Of a stretch of 64,000 bases of DNA, positions 1-9,232 are shown one piece after another. The notes beneath the pieces were generated by a model that had not been told where the DNA came from, did no database searches, and saw only the letters and a program-made list of their open reading frames with translations. The stretch spans positions 1 through 64,000 of the forward strand of contig JAUMVO010000008.1 in assembly GCA_030530095.1 (NCBI GenBank). The letters run 5' to 3'. The position numbers and the translations under genes are program-made. Position 1 is the first letter of the stretch; the number at the start of each line of letters is the position of its first letter. The stretch is from Clostridiaceae bacterium (GTDB taxonomy: Bacteria; Bacillota; Clostridia; Oscillospirales; Acutalibacteraceae).

Positions 1-2
1 AC

Positions 3-680
3 GGCTGCAATATGCAGTTCGGCGGCGACGATCAGTGGAGCAATATGCTCGGCGGTACCGAGCTTATCAGAAAGAAACTCGGCAAGGATGCCCACGCCAT
101 GACAATTACGCTTCTTACCGATTCAAACGGCAAGAAAATGGGCAAAACTGCAGGTAACGCCGTATGGCTCGACCCGAACAAGACCAGCCCGTTCGACTTC
201 TATCAGTACTGGAGAAACGTTGAGGACAGCGACGTTATGAAGTGTATCCGTATGCTTACGTTCCTGCCGCTTGACGAAATTGAAAAGATGGCTTCCTGGG
301 AAGGCAGTCAGCTCAACACGGCCAAGGAAATCCTCGCGTTTGAGCTTACTAAGATGGTACACGGCGAGGAAGAGGCAAAGAAGGCTCAGGAGGGGGCGAG
401 AGCACTGTTCTCGGGCGCAGGAAACACCGACAATATGCCTACCTTCGCGCTTACGGACGCTGATTTTACAGACGGTGAAATTCTTGTTAACGATGTTATG
501 CTTAAGGCAGGACTTATACCCTCAAAGGGCGAGGGCAGACGCCTTATCGAGCAGGGCGGCGTCAGCGTTGACGACAACAAGATCAATACGCCTTTTGATA
601 AGCTTACAAAGGCTGATTTTGAAAAGGGCTATGTAATTATCAAAAAGGGTAAAAAGGTATTCTACAAGATTACTCTTTGA
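3..680 (+). CDS. tyrS: Tyrosyl-tRNA synthetase, C-terminal part; the gene starts upstream of the window
   Basis: KMGKT (KMSKS-class) motif and a C-terminal S4 domain (GRRLIEQGGVSVDD); the ORF is open to the window edge. Confidence 0.85.
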   Translation, partial: GCNMQFGGDDQWSNMLGGTELIRKKLGKDAHAMTITLLTDSNGKKMGKTAGNAVWLDPNKTSPFDFYQYWRNVEDSDVMKCIRMLTFLPLDEIEKMASWEGSQLNTAKEILAFELTKMVHGEEEAKKAQEGARALFSGAGNTDNMPTFALTDADFTDGEILVNDVMLKAGLIPSKGEGRRLIEQGGVSVDDNKINTPFDKLTKADFEKGYVIIKKGKKVFYKITL

Positions 681-725
681 TTAAAATGGGGAGAGCTTTT
701 GCTCTCCCTTAACTTAAGGTGAATT

Positions 726-1607
726 ATGTCTGTCTGTTATTCGTGTCCGAGAAAATGCGGTGCTGAAAGAATTGAAAACGAATACTCAAAAGGCTTTTGC
801 GGTATGCCGTACAATGCGGTTCTCGCAAGGGCTGCTCTGCATTTTTACGAAGAACCCGTTATCAGCGGCGAAAACGGTTCGGGTGCAATATTCTTTTCGG
901 GTTGTTCCATGAGATGCGTTTACTGTCAGAATTACGAAATCAGTCACAACGGTTTCGGCAAGCCCGTATCAAAGGCGCGCTTTATTGAGATTATAAAAGA
1001 GCTTGAAGGCAGGGGAGCGCACAATATAAATCTTGTCAATCCAACGCATTTCGTACCGTTTGTCAGAGACGTTCTCAGCGAGTATAAGCCGTCAATACCC
1101 GTAGTTTACAACACGGGCGGTTATGACAGTGTTGAAAGCCTGAAATCGCTTGAAGGACTAGTTGACGTGTATCTTCCCGACCTGAAATACTACGACAGCG
1201 AAGTCAGTCTTAAATACTCAAAATGCGCAGATTATTTTGAAAATGCATCAAAGGCTGTACTTGAAATGCACCGACAGACAGGGGAGAGCAAAATTGAAAA
1301 TGGGCTGATTAAAAAAGGTCTGATTATCAGGCATCTGGTTCTTCCGAAAAATACCGACCAGTCAATTAAAATACTTAACTGGATTGCCGATAATCTTCCT
1401 AAAAGCACTTGTATCAGCCTTATGAGTCAATTCACGCCGATACGCGAAATCGGCGAATTCTCCGAGCTTAACCGACGTATTGTTACTGCTGAATATCAGA
1501 AGGTGCTTGATGAATTTGAACGACTCGGTTTTGAGAACGGCTTTATGCAGGAACGTAACTCCGCAAAGGAGGATTATATTCCCGATTTTGACTTAACAGG
1601 TATTTGA
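726..1607 (+). CDS. Radical SAM protein, PflX-type (homolog of pyruvate formate-lyase activating enzymes)
   Basis: CxxxCxxC radical-SAM motif (CSMRCVYC) plus an N-terminal Cys cluster; length and layout match COG1313. Confidence 0.65.
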   Translation: MSVCYSCPRKCGAERIENEYSKGFCGMPYNAVLARAALHFYEEPVISGENGSGAIFFSGCSMRCVYCQNYEISHNGFGKPVSKARFIEIIKELEGRGAHNINLVNPTHFVPFVRDVLSEYKPSIPVVYNTGGYDSVESLKSLEGLVDVYLPDLKYYDSEVSLKYSKCADYFENASKAVLEMHRQTGESKIENGLIKKGLIIRHLVLPKNTDQSIKILNWIADNLPKSTCISLMSQFTPIREIGEFSELNRRIVTAEYQKVLDEFERLGFENGFMQERNSAKEDYIPDFDLTGI

Positions 1608-1667
1608 CAATGTCGAAAAATGTGATATACTGAAAATGACCAAAATAAAGAAAAGGTGGTAAAAACT

Positions 1668-2132
1668 ATGGCAAATCCCGATAAAAAAGGACTTATCAAA
1701 GAATTTAAGGAATTCATTATGCGCGGTAACGTTATGGACCTCGCAGTTGCGGTAATTATCGGCGGCGCTTTCGGCGCAATCGTAACCGGACTTGTCGACA
1801 ACATTATCAAGCCGCTTATCAATTCAATCGGCGGCGGCGAGGTAGCCGGATCTTTCGTTCTTCCGTGGGTTGATACAACCGGTATGGACGAGGAAGCGCT
1901 TGCGGCCGTTTCAATTAACTACGGCGCATTTATCAGCGCAATCATTAACTTCCTTATCATTGCCCTTATTATTTTCCTTATGGTTAAGGCAATCAACAAG
2001 GCAATGACAATCGGCAAGAAGAAAGAGGAGCCTGTTGAGGAGGAACCCACGACCAAGACTTGTCCTTACTGCAAGTCCGAAATCGCCATCGACGCTACAA
2101 AGTGCCCGAACTGCACTTCGGAAGTTGAGTAA
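1668..2132 (+). CDS. mscL: Large-conductance mechanosensitive channel MscL with a C-terminal CxxC...CxxC zinc-ribbon extension
   Basis: Conserved MscL N-terminus (IKEFKEFIMRGNVMDLAVAVIIGGAFG); RBS aaggtgg 7 nt before the ATG at 1668; C-terminal CPYC..CPNC. Confidence 0.85.
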   Translation: MANPDKKGLIKEFKEFIMRGNVMDLAVAVIIGGAFGAIVTGLVDNIIKPLINSIGGGEVAGSFVLPWVDTTGMDEEALAAVSINYGAFISAIINFLIIALIIFLMVKAINKAMTIGKKKEEPVEEEPTTKTCPYCKSEIAIDATKCPNCTSEVE

Positions 2133-2148
2133 TAACAGAATAATAATT

Positions 2149-2180
2149 AAGGCGGAGCATAAGCTTCGCCTTATTCTTTT
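2149..2180 (+). terminator. Intrinsic terminator after mscL
   Basis: Hairpin ggcggagc-ataa-gcttcgcc followed by ttattctttt. Confidence 0.55.
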
Positions 2181-2198
2181 CTTCCGTCAAAAAACATC

Positions 2199-2227
2199 TT
2201 GACAATTAGCCCTGACGACTGTATAAT
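2199..2227 (+). promoter_or_regulatory. Consensus sigma-A promoter driving the tRNA
   Basis: TTGACA, 17-bp spacer, TATAAT, ending 20 bp before the tRNA start. Confidence 0.6.
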
Positions 2228-2247
2228 ATTCAAGCAGTTTGAGCTAT

Positions 2248-2324
2248 GGGCCATTAGCTCAGTTGGTTAGAGCATCCGGCTCATAACCGGACGGTCCGCG
2301 GTTCGAGTCCGTGATGGCCCACCA
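2248..2324 (+). tRNA. tRNA with anticodon CAT (tRNA-Ile2/lysidine type, or elongator Met)
   Basis: Cloverleaf with D-arm agctcagttggttagagc, anticodon loop ctCATaa, T-arm ggttcgagtcc and encoded CCA; anticodon stem/loop very close to B. subtilis tRNA-Ile(CAU). Confidence 0.85.
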
Positions 2325-2357
2325 AAAAAAGACACCCTGTCGGGTGTCTTTTTTTAT
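2325..2357. terminator. Bidirectional intrinsic terminator between the tRNA and the convergent LRR gene
   Basis: aaaaaaa-gacaccc-tgtc-gggtgtc-ttttttt; A-tract on one side, T-tract on the other. Confidence 0.7.
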
Positions 2358-2365
2358 TATGTTTT

Positions 2366-5300
2366 TCAGCCGATGGCTACGAAGTTTATGTTGTTTGCGG
2401 TAGCAAAGCTCTGCGCGTAGGAGCCGGCATAGCCGTAAATTGTAAGGTTCGTGCATCCTGTAAACGCCGTAGCCTGAATAGTCGTTACGCTTGAGGGAAT
2501 CTGAATCGTGGTCAGCGACGTGCATCCCTTGAATGCATAGCTTCCGATAGATGTAACGGTCTCGGGAAGGATGACGTTATCAAGCTTTGCGCAGTTAAGG
2601 AATGAGCCGTATTTAATGCTCTTAAGCCCCGAAGCGAAATCAATGCGTTCAAGCTTGGAACAGCCGGAAAACGCATAATTGTCAATCGTTTCGACATTTC
2701 CGCTGACGATAGCTTCTTTAATGACGGTGTTGTTCTTGAACGCATTGGCGTCAAGCTCAATTACCTTATAACCTTCAATGTAGTCGGGAACAACCATCAG
2801 TTCCTTATCATCAGTATATGATGTAATATATGCAAGGCCGTTATCAACCGTATAGGTGAATTTCGGCTGAGCATTGGCGTTTATAGCCTTATCAATTTCG
2901 AAAAGGTCAAATGCGTCAACCGCGTCGTCGCCGTTAACATCGCCCGCGATAATTCCGTAAATCGTGAGGTCATTGCCTGCGATATAATCCCTGGTAATCT
3001 GATAGTCGGGAAGTGTGACTTCGCCGTCACCGTTTATATCGCCGTCAATTATTTCCTCGATATTTACAAACGGGATATTGTTCTGCTCGGCAAACGCGTG
3101 CGCGCCCGTGTTGGGACTGCCGTAGATTCTTTCAAGACTTCTCTCTTCCTGTCCCGTCTGCTCGTTATAATCCGTAAACGCTCCGTCATAAATGAATCCG
3201 ACAGAGTGGGGGATAAGGATTTCCTTGAGCGAGGTGCATCCGACAAAGGTTGCATAATCAATCTTGTTGATACTGTCGGGAAGAATGATTCTTTCAATCT
3301 TATTGCAGTTACCGAAGGAGAACATAGCCATAAGCTTCGTTCCGGGATTTACTATAAACATACCTTCGCAATTTGTATCTACTCTCAGCAGATAGCCGTT
3401 GCAGTAAACTGCGCCGTCCTTGTAGGGGATAGCCGTGTTATCTATAACCTGAGCGCCGATTTCGGTAATGTTATTGCCGAGCACAAGTTCGCTAAGATTC
3501 GTGCATCCGCTGAACGCCGAGAAGCCGATGCTTTCAACGCTGTCTGGAACGGTAATCTTTGTAACGTTGGTAAGCCCGCTCATTGAGAATGCGCCGAGCT
3601 CCTTAACCGTGTATCCGTCAATCGTTGACGGGATTGTAACAACGGTATCGTTGCCCTGATAGGAATAACCCTGGAAAACATCGGAATAAAGCATCGCAGC
3701 ACCGTCGGGACGTATGCTGTACTTCCACAGACCGTCACGGCTGAGATAAACGGTGTTATCGTGGAAAGTAAAGCCGTAGGTGTCTGCATAGGTTTCAGCC
3801 TCGGTTCCCGCATAACCGTATATCTCAAATCCGTCAACCGGCATATCTCTGTCGAGGGCCCCGTCATAATAGAAACCAAAAGCGCACTGACCGATTGAGG
3901 TTACGGTTGAAGGAATCTCAATTTCACTAAGATTTGTTTTGTAGAAAGCGTATGCTCCGACCTCGGTTAGAGCATGAGGCAGCATAACGAAATCAAGAGC
4001 GCCGCAGCTGTGGAAGGCGTTTGTTCCGATTGAAGTTACGCTGTCGGCAATATCTGCGTCGTAAATACCCGAACCCATAAAAGCATCATTTCCTATGCGG
4101 GTTACGCCGTCTTCAATTATAACCTTTTCTATATCCAAATTACTCCACGGAGCCGCAACTGGCTCGTTTGCGCCGGGGATGAATCCGTAGTCAGCCATAG
4201 CGCCGTTGCCGGAAATTGTGAGCGTTTTGCTGTCCGCATCGTAATTCCATGTGCAGTCACCCGTCGTGTAGTCGTCTGTTGTGTTGTCATCCGCAGCGAC
4301 CTCAATATACATATTGTTTTCAAGGACTTTAGGAGTATCGCTCCACGAGAAGTTTGCCCACATATCGTCCCAACTGAAATTATCGGGAAGCTCGTAAAGC
4401 GAGAAGGGCATCCTTGCTCTCGTGCCTGCTTCAAGGTTTGCCGGCGCGGTTATAAGACAGCCGTAAACTCCGTTATAGCGGTCTGTGCCGAGATTGAAAT
4501 CCTCACCGACTCCCTCGGTAACCTCAAAACCCATACTCGTAAGACTGTCGGCAAAATTGCCCTCTCCCTCAACGCCGTAGTTAAAGCCGTATGACGGGAA
4601 AATGCCGTGAAGCCAGTTTTCGTCACTCGTGAAGAAGCCGACAAACACGCTCTTGCCCTGCTCGATAATCAGCGTATCACCGTCAAGGTACGTGTTGCCG
4701 TAGTTATCCTCGGCTACGACGTAGGGGATAAAGCTGTCAAGTGAAATATAAACCTCATACGGGAAGTGCAAATCCTCCTCATTTTCATCATTGCTTCTGA
4801 AGGATGCAGTATTGCCGTCGTTTATAAACATTTCGCCCCTGTAACCGTCAAGCGCAAGAACGTAAAGACTCATCGAATCACTGTCAAAGTTACCGCTGAG
4901 AACGAACTCGATATTGTAAAGCTCATTTCCCCTGTAAGTCAGAATATTTCCGTTTTCGTCAAGCTGCGCATTTACTATGTCGAGTGTAATCGCATCATTG
5001 CCCTCGCCGAAAATAACTGTGTCGGAGTCAATCACGGTCGCGTCCTTGAAATGGATGATATGTTCCTCATCCCAATCGTAATCGGCTGTGAAGCTGAATT
5101 CGGTAACGTCGGTCGTGAATTCATACGTACCCGTGTCTTCGGGAACGGTGACTTCGGAATAACCGTGATTTTCAACTCCCGCAATATCCTCAACGTAGGT
5201 TGCAACGTAGCAGCCGGGAATCTCGGGTACCTCGCTTATCGCATAGACATATTCATGGCTCTGACCGTTGTTCCAGTTGTTGTAAACGATATACTCGTTA

Positions 5301-6559
5301 TCCTGTGAGTCAACGTGAAGATTGCCGCTGATTTCATTTACTGTACCGGTCAGATAAAGATCCTGATATTCATCATCCATAACGGGAGTAAATCCTGTGG
5401 GCAGAGCTTCGTAATCGTTCTGACCGATGGTAATAGGAGTAAATCCCGTATCCTTTTCATAGCCGTACTCACCGTTGATGAGCTTATATATGGTACCCTT
5501 GAAGGTATATGTAGCAGGATCGTTTCGGTCGGAATAGCTGTAACCGTTGTGGTCGAGCATATAGATACCGTCGGGATCGTTTGCGTTGATAAGCTGAGGT
5601 CCCGAGTGAGCGTTGCTGTCAAAGAAGAATATCGAGCTTAATTCTTTGCCGGTTACGGTCATTGAGAAGCCGAGACTGTCAAATTCGCTCTTTGTGAATT
5701 CTACTTCTCCCCAGTCGTTGCCGTATTGTTCGTCGAAAGCGGTATCCTTCAGATAAATGCCGTAAGTCTGAGAATATATATATTTTGAAACATGATAAGT
5801 TTTCTGACCGGAAGAACCTGTCCAGATACTTACACCGTAGTACGCGTCGGGGTCATCCTGCTTGACGGCTGCATTGCCCTTATAACCATCCGTCTGGGAA
5901 TCAGTAATCTCAAAGGCTTTTATGTACTGAGAATTCTGATAATAGAACGGTGCGCCGTTAAGCTCAAAGCTGTCCCTGCCGCCGAGAGCCTTTACGACGT
6001 CTTCGGGTGATTCAAACATATTCGTATAGCTTGAAAAGACGCCTTCGTCACCGTAAAGATTCAGCGTCACATCGGCATCAACCGTAAGACTTGCCTCCAC
6101 GTATTCCGCATTGAGCTGAATTGCATGGGGAGCGTTTCTGTATTCATTGACAGTCAGAGCGCCGTCACCAGTAACGGTAATCGATCCGCCCCAGCCGTCG
6201 CCCCAGACGATAACGGTTGAGAGCTCACATTCGCCGACTATGTTAAGGCGGAAATCGTTACCCATCATGTTGACGGACAGCGCGTTTTCCGGATGACGGT
6301 AGTTGTCAATAGTCAGCGTGTTCGACGCCGCGTCGTAGGTTGCGCCGGGAACGGCATTGTTATATGCCGTCTGATTCTCGTAGACGGTACCGATGTCGGT
6401 TGCTTGATCGTCTCCGTCATAATAGAATCTGATAAATGCCCAGTCAACGTCGGCAGGGCCGTTATTGCCGGCAGGATTGTCGTTACCGGCGAATACCGTT
6501 GCGGGCATCATGCTTATCAGCATAATAATGCTGAGCATTATTGCCAAAGCTTTTTTCAT
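2366..6559 (-). CDS. Secreted 1397-aa cell-surface protein with BspA-type leucine-rich repeats and a C-terminal type-I dockerin
   Basis: Signal peptide MKKALAIMLSIIMLISMMPATVFA; recurring ~23-aa LRR units (e.g. IPSSVTTIQATAFTGCTNLT); duplicated Ca-binding dockerin segments DINGDGEVT...DVNGDDAVDAFD. Confidence 0.8.
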   Translation of the reverse strand: MKKALAIMLSIIMLISMMPATVFAGNDNPAGNNGPADVDWAFIRFYYDGDDQATDIGTVYENQTAYNNAVPGATYDAASNTLTIDNYRHPENALSVNMMGNDFRLNIVGECELSTVIVWGDGWGGSITVTGDGALTVNEYRNAPHAIQLNAEYVEASLTVDADVTLNLYGDEGVFSSYTNMFESPEDVVKALGGRDSFELNGAPFYYQNSQYIKAFEITDSQTDGYKGNAAVKQDDPDAYYGVSIWTGSSGQKTYHVSKYIYSQTYGIYLKDTAFDEQYGNDWGEVEFTKSEFDSLGFSMTVTGKELSSIFFFDSNAHSGPQLINANDPDGIYMLDHNGYSYSDRNDPATYTFKGTIYKLINGEYGYEKDTGFTPITIGQNDYEALPTGFTPVMDDEYQDLYLTGTVNEISGNLHVDSQDNEYIVYNNWNNGQSHEYVYAISEVPEIPGCYVATYVEDIAGVENHGYSEVTVPEDTGTYEFTTDVTEFSFTADYDWDEEHIIHFKDATVIDSDTVIFGEGNDAITLDIVNAQLDENGNILTYRGNELYNIEFVLSGNFDSDSMSLYVLALDGYRGEMFINDGNTASFRSNDENEEDLHFPYEVYISLDSFIPYVVAEDNYGNTYLDGDTLIIEQGKSVFVGFFTSDENWLHGIFPSYGFNYGVEGEGNFADSLTSMGFEVTEGVGEDFNLGTDRYNGVYGCLITAPANLEAGTRARMPFSLYELPDNFSWDDMWANFSWSDTPKVLENNMYIEVAADDNTTDDYTTGDCTWNYDADSKTLTISGNGAMADYGFIPGANEPVAAPWSNLDIEKVIIEDGVTRIGNDAFMGSGIYDADIADSVTSIGTNAFHSCGALDFVMLPHALTEVGAYAFYKTNLSEIEIPSTVTSIGQCAFGFYYDGALDRDMPVDGFEIYGYAGTEAETYADTYGFTFHDNTVYLSRDGLWKYSIRPDGAAMLYSDVFQGYSYQGNDTVVTIPSTIDGYTVKELGAFSMSGLTNVTKITVPDSVESIGFSAFSGCTNLSELVLGNNITEIGAQVIDNTAIPYKDGAVYCNGYLLRVDTNCEGMFIVNPGTKLMAMFSFGNCNKIERIILPDSINKIDYATFVGCTSLKEILIPHSVGFIYDGAFTDYNEQTGQEERSLERIYGSPNTGAHAFAEQNNIPFVNIEEIIDGDINGDGEVTLPDYQITRDYIAGNDLTIYGIIAGDVNGDDAVDAFDLFEIDKAINANAQPKFTYTVDNGLAYITSYTDDKELMVVPDYIEGYKVIELDANAFKNNTVIKEAIVSGNVETIDNYAFSGCSKLERIDFASGLKSIKYGSFLNCAKLDNVILPETVTSIGSYAFKGCTSLTTIQIPSSVTTIQATAFTGCTNLTIYGYAGSYAQSFATANNINFVAIG

Positions 6560-6812
6560 AATTATAACCCCTTTTTTGCTAAATTTGCTTAGACTTGTTT
6601 TAAGTGTAACATATATTGTATATTAAATCAATAATTATTCACTTTTTTCGGTGATGCCGTATTCGCTTTTTACGACAAAAAAATCGACAAATATTTGTAC
6701 AGTGTTACACTTTATTTTTTGTGTTTCATTGTGTTAAAATATTATCGGTATATTTTGCGATATACCGAAATAAATGTAATTAACACCTTAAAGGGTGAAA
6801 GGAGTTTTAGTT

Positions 6813-8105
6813 ATGGGACTTATAAGAGCAGCTGCGGGAGCAGTAGGCGGAAACTTAGCCGATCAGTGGAAGGAATTCTTTTATTGTGAAGCTATCGACA
6901 AGGACGTTCTTGTTGTTAAGGGACAGAAGAGAATAGGTAACCGTTCCTCCAACACCAAGGGCAACGACAACATCATCTCCAACGGCTCGGGTATAGCCGT
7001 AGCCGACGGTCAGTGCATGATTATCGTTGAGCAGGGCAAGATTGTTGAGGTTTGTGCGGAACCCGGCGAATTCACTTACGATTCGTCAACCGAGCCGAGC
7101 ATCTTCACGGGCTCACTTAAGGAATCCATCAAGGAGACCTTCAAGAACATCGGACGCAGGTTTACATACGGCGGCGACACCGCTAAGGATCAGAGAGTTT
7201 ATTATTTCAATACCAAGGAAATCATTGATAATAAATTCGGTACTCCCAGCCCGATTCCGTTCAGAGTAGTTGACAGAAAAATCAACCTCGATATCGACGT
7301 TTCAATCAGATGCAGCGGCGTTTACTCTTATAAGATTGCCGACCCGCTTCTTTTCTACACAAACGTTTGCGGCAACGTAGCTGAAGAGTACAAGAGAGAG
7401 GAAATCGATTCTCAGCTCAAGACTGAGTTCGTTTCAGCTCTTCAGCCGGCATTCAGCAAGATGTCGGATATGGAAATCAGACCCAATCAGGTTGCAGGCC
7501 ATGCTGAGGAACTCAGTGAAGCTATGAATGAGGCCCTTACCGCTAAGTGGTCCGAGCTTCGCGGCCTTGAGGTTGTTTCAATCGCTATGAACCCGATTAC
7601 TCTTCCCGAAGAGGATCAGGAGCTTATCAAGCAGGCACAGCGTGTTGCCATGATGAAGGATCCCACCTATGCGGGCGCAACTCTTGTAGGTGCTCAGGCT
7701 GACGCCATGAAGGCTGCCGCTGCAAACGAAGGCGGCGCTATGAACGGCTTTATCGGTATGGGAATGGCAATGAACGCAGGCGGCGGCGCAAATGCGGCTG
7801 CAAATCTTTACGGTATGGGTCAGGCTCAGGCAGCTGCAGCTCCCGATGCAGCAGCACCGGTTGCAGGCGGCTGGAAGTGCGACTGCGGTACGGAAAACAC
7901 AGGCAACTTCTGCACCAACTGCGGCAAGGCTAAGCCCGCTGCACCGGCAGCGTGGAAGTGCGACTGCGGTACAGAGAACACCGGCAAATTCTGCACCAAC
8001 TGCGGTAAGGCTAAACCCGCAGGTCCGTGGAAGTGCTCAAAGTGCGGCACCGAGAATAACGGTAAGTTCTGCACTAACTGCGGTGCTCCTGCAGACGCTG
8101 AATAA
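6813..8105 (+). CDS. SPFH/band-7 domain protein (COG4260 'putative virion core protein' family, YdjI-like) with three C-terminal zinc ribbons
   Basis: RBS aggag before the ATG at 6813; SPFH-like core; C-terminal 3x WKC(D/S)xCGTENxGxFCTNCG. Confidence 0.7.
   Translation: MGLIRAAAGAVGGNLADQWKEFFYCEAIDKDVLVVKGQKRIGNRSSNTKGNDNIISNGSGIAVADGQCMIIVEQGKIVEVCAEPGEFTYDSSTEPSIFTGSLKESIKETFKNIGRRFTYGGDTAKDQRVYYFNTKEIIDNKFGTPSPIPFRVVDRKINLDIDVSIRCSGVYSYKIADPLLFYTNVCGNVAEEYKREEIDSQLKTEFVSALQPAFSKMSDMEIRPNQVAGHAEELSEAMNEALTAKWSELRGLEVVSIAMNPITLPEEDQELIKQAQRVAMMKDPTYAGATLVGAQADAMKAAAANEGGAMNGFIGMGMAMNAGGGANAAANLYGMGQAQAAAAPDAAAPVAGGWKCDCGTENTGNFCTNCGKAKPAAPAAWKCDCGTENTGKFCTNCGKAKPAGPWKCSKCGTENNGKFCTNCGAPADAE
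7872..8084 (+). repeat. In-frame tandem coding repeat (81 + 75 + ~60 nt) encoding three zinc-ribbon units
   Basis: Near-identical DNA units starting at 7872, 7953 and 8028 (tggaagtgcgactgcggtac...). Confidence 0.8.
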
Positions 8106-8134
8106 TAAACAGAATTTTTCACAGGTGAAGCTAT

Positions 8135-9220
8135 ATGGCTGAATTGTTAAATTACAAATGTCCGCATTGCGACGCTCCGATTCAGTTTGACTCAACAGCA
8201 CAGAGGATGAAATGTCCCTACTGTGACAGCGAGTTTGACGTTGAGGCGTTACGCAGTAAGGACGAGGTGCTTAACACTCAGCCTGCTGACGAATTCAACT
8301 GGGAAAAGCCAAACGAGGACGGATGGACCGAAGATGAAGTTAACGGAATGTCCGTCTTCGTCTGCAAGGCTTGCGGCGGCGAGATTGTCGGCGACAGTAA
8401 CACTGCCGCCACGTCCTGCCCGTACTGCGGAAATCCCGTTGTTATGTCTGGCAGACTGTCGGGCACCCTTAAACCTGATTTTGTTATTCCGTTCCAGCTT
8501 AACAAGGATCAGGCAAAGCAGGCACTGAAGGATTATATAGGTGCCAAAAAATTCGCGCCGAATACCCTTAAAAGCGAAAACAAGATTAAAGAGATTAAGG
8601 GACTTTACGTTCCTTTCTGGCTGTTTGACTCGGATATCAATGCAAGTATGATCTTTGAAGGAACTAAGGTCAGAACGTGGAGTGATTCCAAGTACAGATA
8701 CACAGAAACGAGCTTCTATAACATTTTCCGCGAAGGCGAAATGAGCTTTTCAAACATTCCCGTCGACGGCTCGTCAAAGATGCCCGACGACCTTATGGAA
8801 TCAATAGAACCCTATGATTTTTCAAAGGCGGTTGATTTCCAGACTGCATATCTTGCGGGTTTCCTTGCGGACAAATACGACGTAACGATGGAAAACAGTG
8901 TCGGCAGGGCTAACGACAGAGTCAAGACCAGCGCCGAGGAAACACTGCGTTCCACCGTTGACGGCTTTACGGCTCTCAAAACGCTCTCTAATACCGTTCA
9001 GGTCAAAAAGGGTACGGCAAAATATGCTATGTATCCCGTATGGCTGCTTAACACGAATTATCAGGGCCAGATGCTGACCTTTGCTATGAACGGACAGACC
9101 GGCAAAATTGTCGGTAATATACCCGTCAGCAAGGCGAAGCTCGCAGGACTCTTTGCCGGACTTACGGCAGGCGTAGGCGTAATTGTATATCTCGTCGGCA
9201 GCCTGTTCGGTATGTTTTAA
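8135..9220 (+). CDS. Membrane protein with an N-terminal double zinc ribbon and a C-terminal TM helix (YdjG-like)
   Basis: CPHC..CPYC and CKAC..CPYC pairs; C-terminal hydrophobic LAGLFAGLTAGVGVIVYLVGSLFGMF. Confidence 0.55.
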   Translation: MAELLNYKCPHCDAPIQFDSTAQRMKCPYCDSEFDVEALRSKDEVLNTQPADEFNWEKPNEDGWTEDEVNGMSVFVCKACGGEIVGDSNTAATSCPYCGNPVVMSGRLSGTLKPDFVIPFQLNKDQAKQALKDYIGAKKFAPNTLKSENKIKEIKGLYVPFWLFDSDINASMIFEGTKVRTWSDSKYRYTETSFYNIFREGEMSFSNIPVDGSSKMPDDLMESIEPYDFSKAVDFQTAYLAGFLADKYDVTMENSVGRANDRVKTSAEETLRSTVDGFTALKTLSNTVQVKKGTAKYAMYPVWLLNTNYQGQMLTFAMNGQTGKIVGNIPVSKAKLAGLFAGLTAGVGVIVYLVGSLFGMF

Positions 9221-9232
9221 GGGGGTGCGGGT

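Noticed and set aside
123-636. Antisense and alternate-frame ORFs inside tyrS (123..362 -, 271..636 +, 386..586 -)
   Set aside because: Fully embedded in a well-supported tyrS reading frame; Arg/Ser-rich translations typical of off-frame noise
2512-6592. Many 60-180-aa ORFs overlapping the large LRR/dockerin gene on both strands (e.g. 3098..3586 +, 4766..5308 +, 5315..5641 +)
   Set aside because: Nested in the 1397-aa ORF, which has a coherent signal peptide, repeats and dockerin; no RBS; low-complexity translations
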